In this document: one piece after another, positions 34,952 to 36,061 of the stretch | How the letters are laid out: each line of letters begins with the position of its first letter | Numbering within the stretch: the stretch's first letter is position 1 | Assembly (NCBI GenBank): GCA_964439415.1 | Contig: CAYTOJ010000002.1 | Location: 1-36,061 of the forward strand | Length of the DNA stretch: 36,061 nt | DNA from: an uncultured Rickettsiales bacterium | GTDB taxonomy: Bacteria > Pseudomonadota > Alphaproteobacteria > Rickettsiales > CAZAGG01 | Direction: 5' to 3' | Notes under the pieces: generated by a model | What the model was told of the DNA's origin: nothing | Databases searched by the model: none | The model's input: only the letters and a program-made list of their open reading frames with translations | Program-made: the position numbers and the translations under genes

Positions 34952-35950
34952 TTGAGCAAGGGGCTTATATTTTCCGGCATCCAGCCTACCGGGAATCTGC
35001 ATCTGGGTAATTACCTGGGGGCAGTATCCAACTGGGTCAAAATGCAGAATGATTATAACTGCATCTTCGGTGTAATGGATCTCCACGCCATTACCGTGCC
35101 GCAGAATCGTGACAGTCTGCACGCTTCAGTGCGGGAAGCTGCGGCGGCACTGATTGCCTGCGGTATTGATCCCAATAGAAGCATAATTATGGCGCAGTCC
35201 AGTGTGAGCGGCCACGCTGAACTTAGCTGGATACTTGGCTGTCATACCCCCCTTGGCTGGCTTAACCGCATGACGCAATTCAAGGAAAAAGCCGGGAAGG
35301 ATAAAGAAAAGGCCAGCCTTGGCCTGTATGGCTACCCGGTGCTGATGGCCGCTGATGTTCTGCTCTACAAAGCAACCCATGTGCCGGTGGGGGAGGATCA
35401 GAAACAACACATTGAACTGGCGCGGGATATTGCCGGGGCGTTCAACCGTTGTCATGGTGTTGATTTTTTCCCACTGCCTGAGCCTGTAATAACCGGCACT
35501 GCCACCAGGGTGATGAGCCTGAAGGATGGCTCAAAGAAAATGAGCAAGTCAGACCCATCGGACTTCAGCCGGATTAACCTGACCGACAGCCGGGATGTTA
35601 TTTTTGATAAGTTCACCAGAGCCACTACCGATTCCATAAACGGCGTTTCTTACGATGAAACCAACCGCCCGCATGTAAGCAATCTTGTTAATATCTTCGC
35701 TGCACTGGCTGAGGTAAGCACTGATAACATATGCGAAAAATACGCAAGCAGCAGTTTTTCAGTATTTAAGAAAGACCTGGCTGAACTGGCGGTTGAGAAA
35801 ATCGGCATCATCACACAGAAAATGAATGAGCTTTTAAGCGAACCGGAAAAAATCGATGATATTCTAGCAGCGGGGCGCGATAAAGCTGGTTTAATTGCCG
35901 AAGACATCATCCGTGATGTGAAGAAATTAACAGGCCTGCCAGTATTTTGA
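34952..35950 (+). CDS. trpS: Tryptophan--tRNA ligase
   Basis: The HIGH region is SGIQPTGNLHLGNYLG and the KMSKS motif is GSKKMSKSD. The track ORF (34850) adds 34 non-conserved residues. The in-frame TTG at 34952, with GGGGA upstream, gives a typical 332-aa TrpRS starting M-SKGLIFSGIQPTG. Confidence 0.9.
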   Translation: MSKGLIFSGIQPTGNLHLGNYLGAVSNWVKMQNDYNCIFGVMDLHAITVPQNRDSLHASVREAAAALIACGIDPNRSIIMAQSSVSGHAELSWILGCHTPLGWLNRMTQFKEKAGKDKEKASLGLYGYPVLMAADVLLYKATHVPVGEDQKQHIELARDIAGAFNRCHGVDFFPLPEPVITGTATRVMSLKDGSKKMSKSDPSDFSRINLTDSRDVIFDKFTRATTDSINGVSYDETNRPHVSNLVNIFAALAEVSTDNICEKYASSSFSVFKKDLAELAVEKIGIITQKMNELLSEPEKIDDILAAGRDKAGLIAEDIIRDVKKLTGLPVF

Positions 35951-36002
35951 ACGCTTGTAATAAATATGGAGATGTCATATCTGTTCTAACTCTTGAGTTT
36001 GT

Positions 36003-36061
<59 letters not shown>

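Overview
This 36-kb chromosomal window has gene content and synteny typical of an Alphaproteobacterium: an mltB-like/rlpA/dac/tmk block, lptC-lptA, rpmI-rplT-pheS, and an RNase E with an insertion in its S1 domain. The taxon is an inference. I support about 30 protein genes, one tatA below the ORF-track size cut-off, one edge-truncated GspF/PilC-family gene missing from the track, and a partial tRNA-Arg(UCU) at the right edge. Three things stand out. (1) A split type IV pilus / T2SS-like (MSHA-like) apparatus. A GspE/MshE-type ATPase with a near-perfect MshEN c-di-GMP-binding motif, plus a GspF-type platform gene, sit at 1-3056. A four-gene operon 12 kb away (15082-19360, minus strand) encodes a GspL- or PilM/N-like protein, a PilO/GspM-like protein, a PilP/GspC-like protein and a pilin. 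The prepilin motif of that pilin is out of frame with the only upstream ATG, across a 7-nt tandem repeat tract, so it is a candidate slipped-strand ON/OFF switch. (2) A dense population of non-autonomous palindromic repeats. There are five copies of a tripartite three-hairpin element of about 140 bp, three copies of a second 144-196 bp inverted-repeat element, and one 28-bp perfect palindrome. Several sit exactly at gene junctions, stay open in frame with the downstream gene, and in one case supply its only plausible start codon (similar to Rickettsia palindromic elements). (3) Several conserved operons lack their usual partner gene (pheT, tatC, lptB, ftsX), often where a repeat now sits. Accessory genes include a DUF2946 protein with a Met/His-rich outer-membrane barrel (putative metal handling), an OprB porin, YceI, a PhnB/VOC protein, a TIGR03118-like protein, a truncated haemoglobin, and an orphan FliJ-like coiled-coil protein. 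No CRISPR array, transposase, integrase or recognisable defence system is visible. All homology statements come from motif recognition by eye, not database searches.
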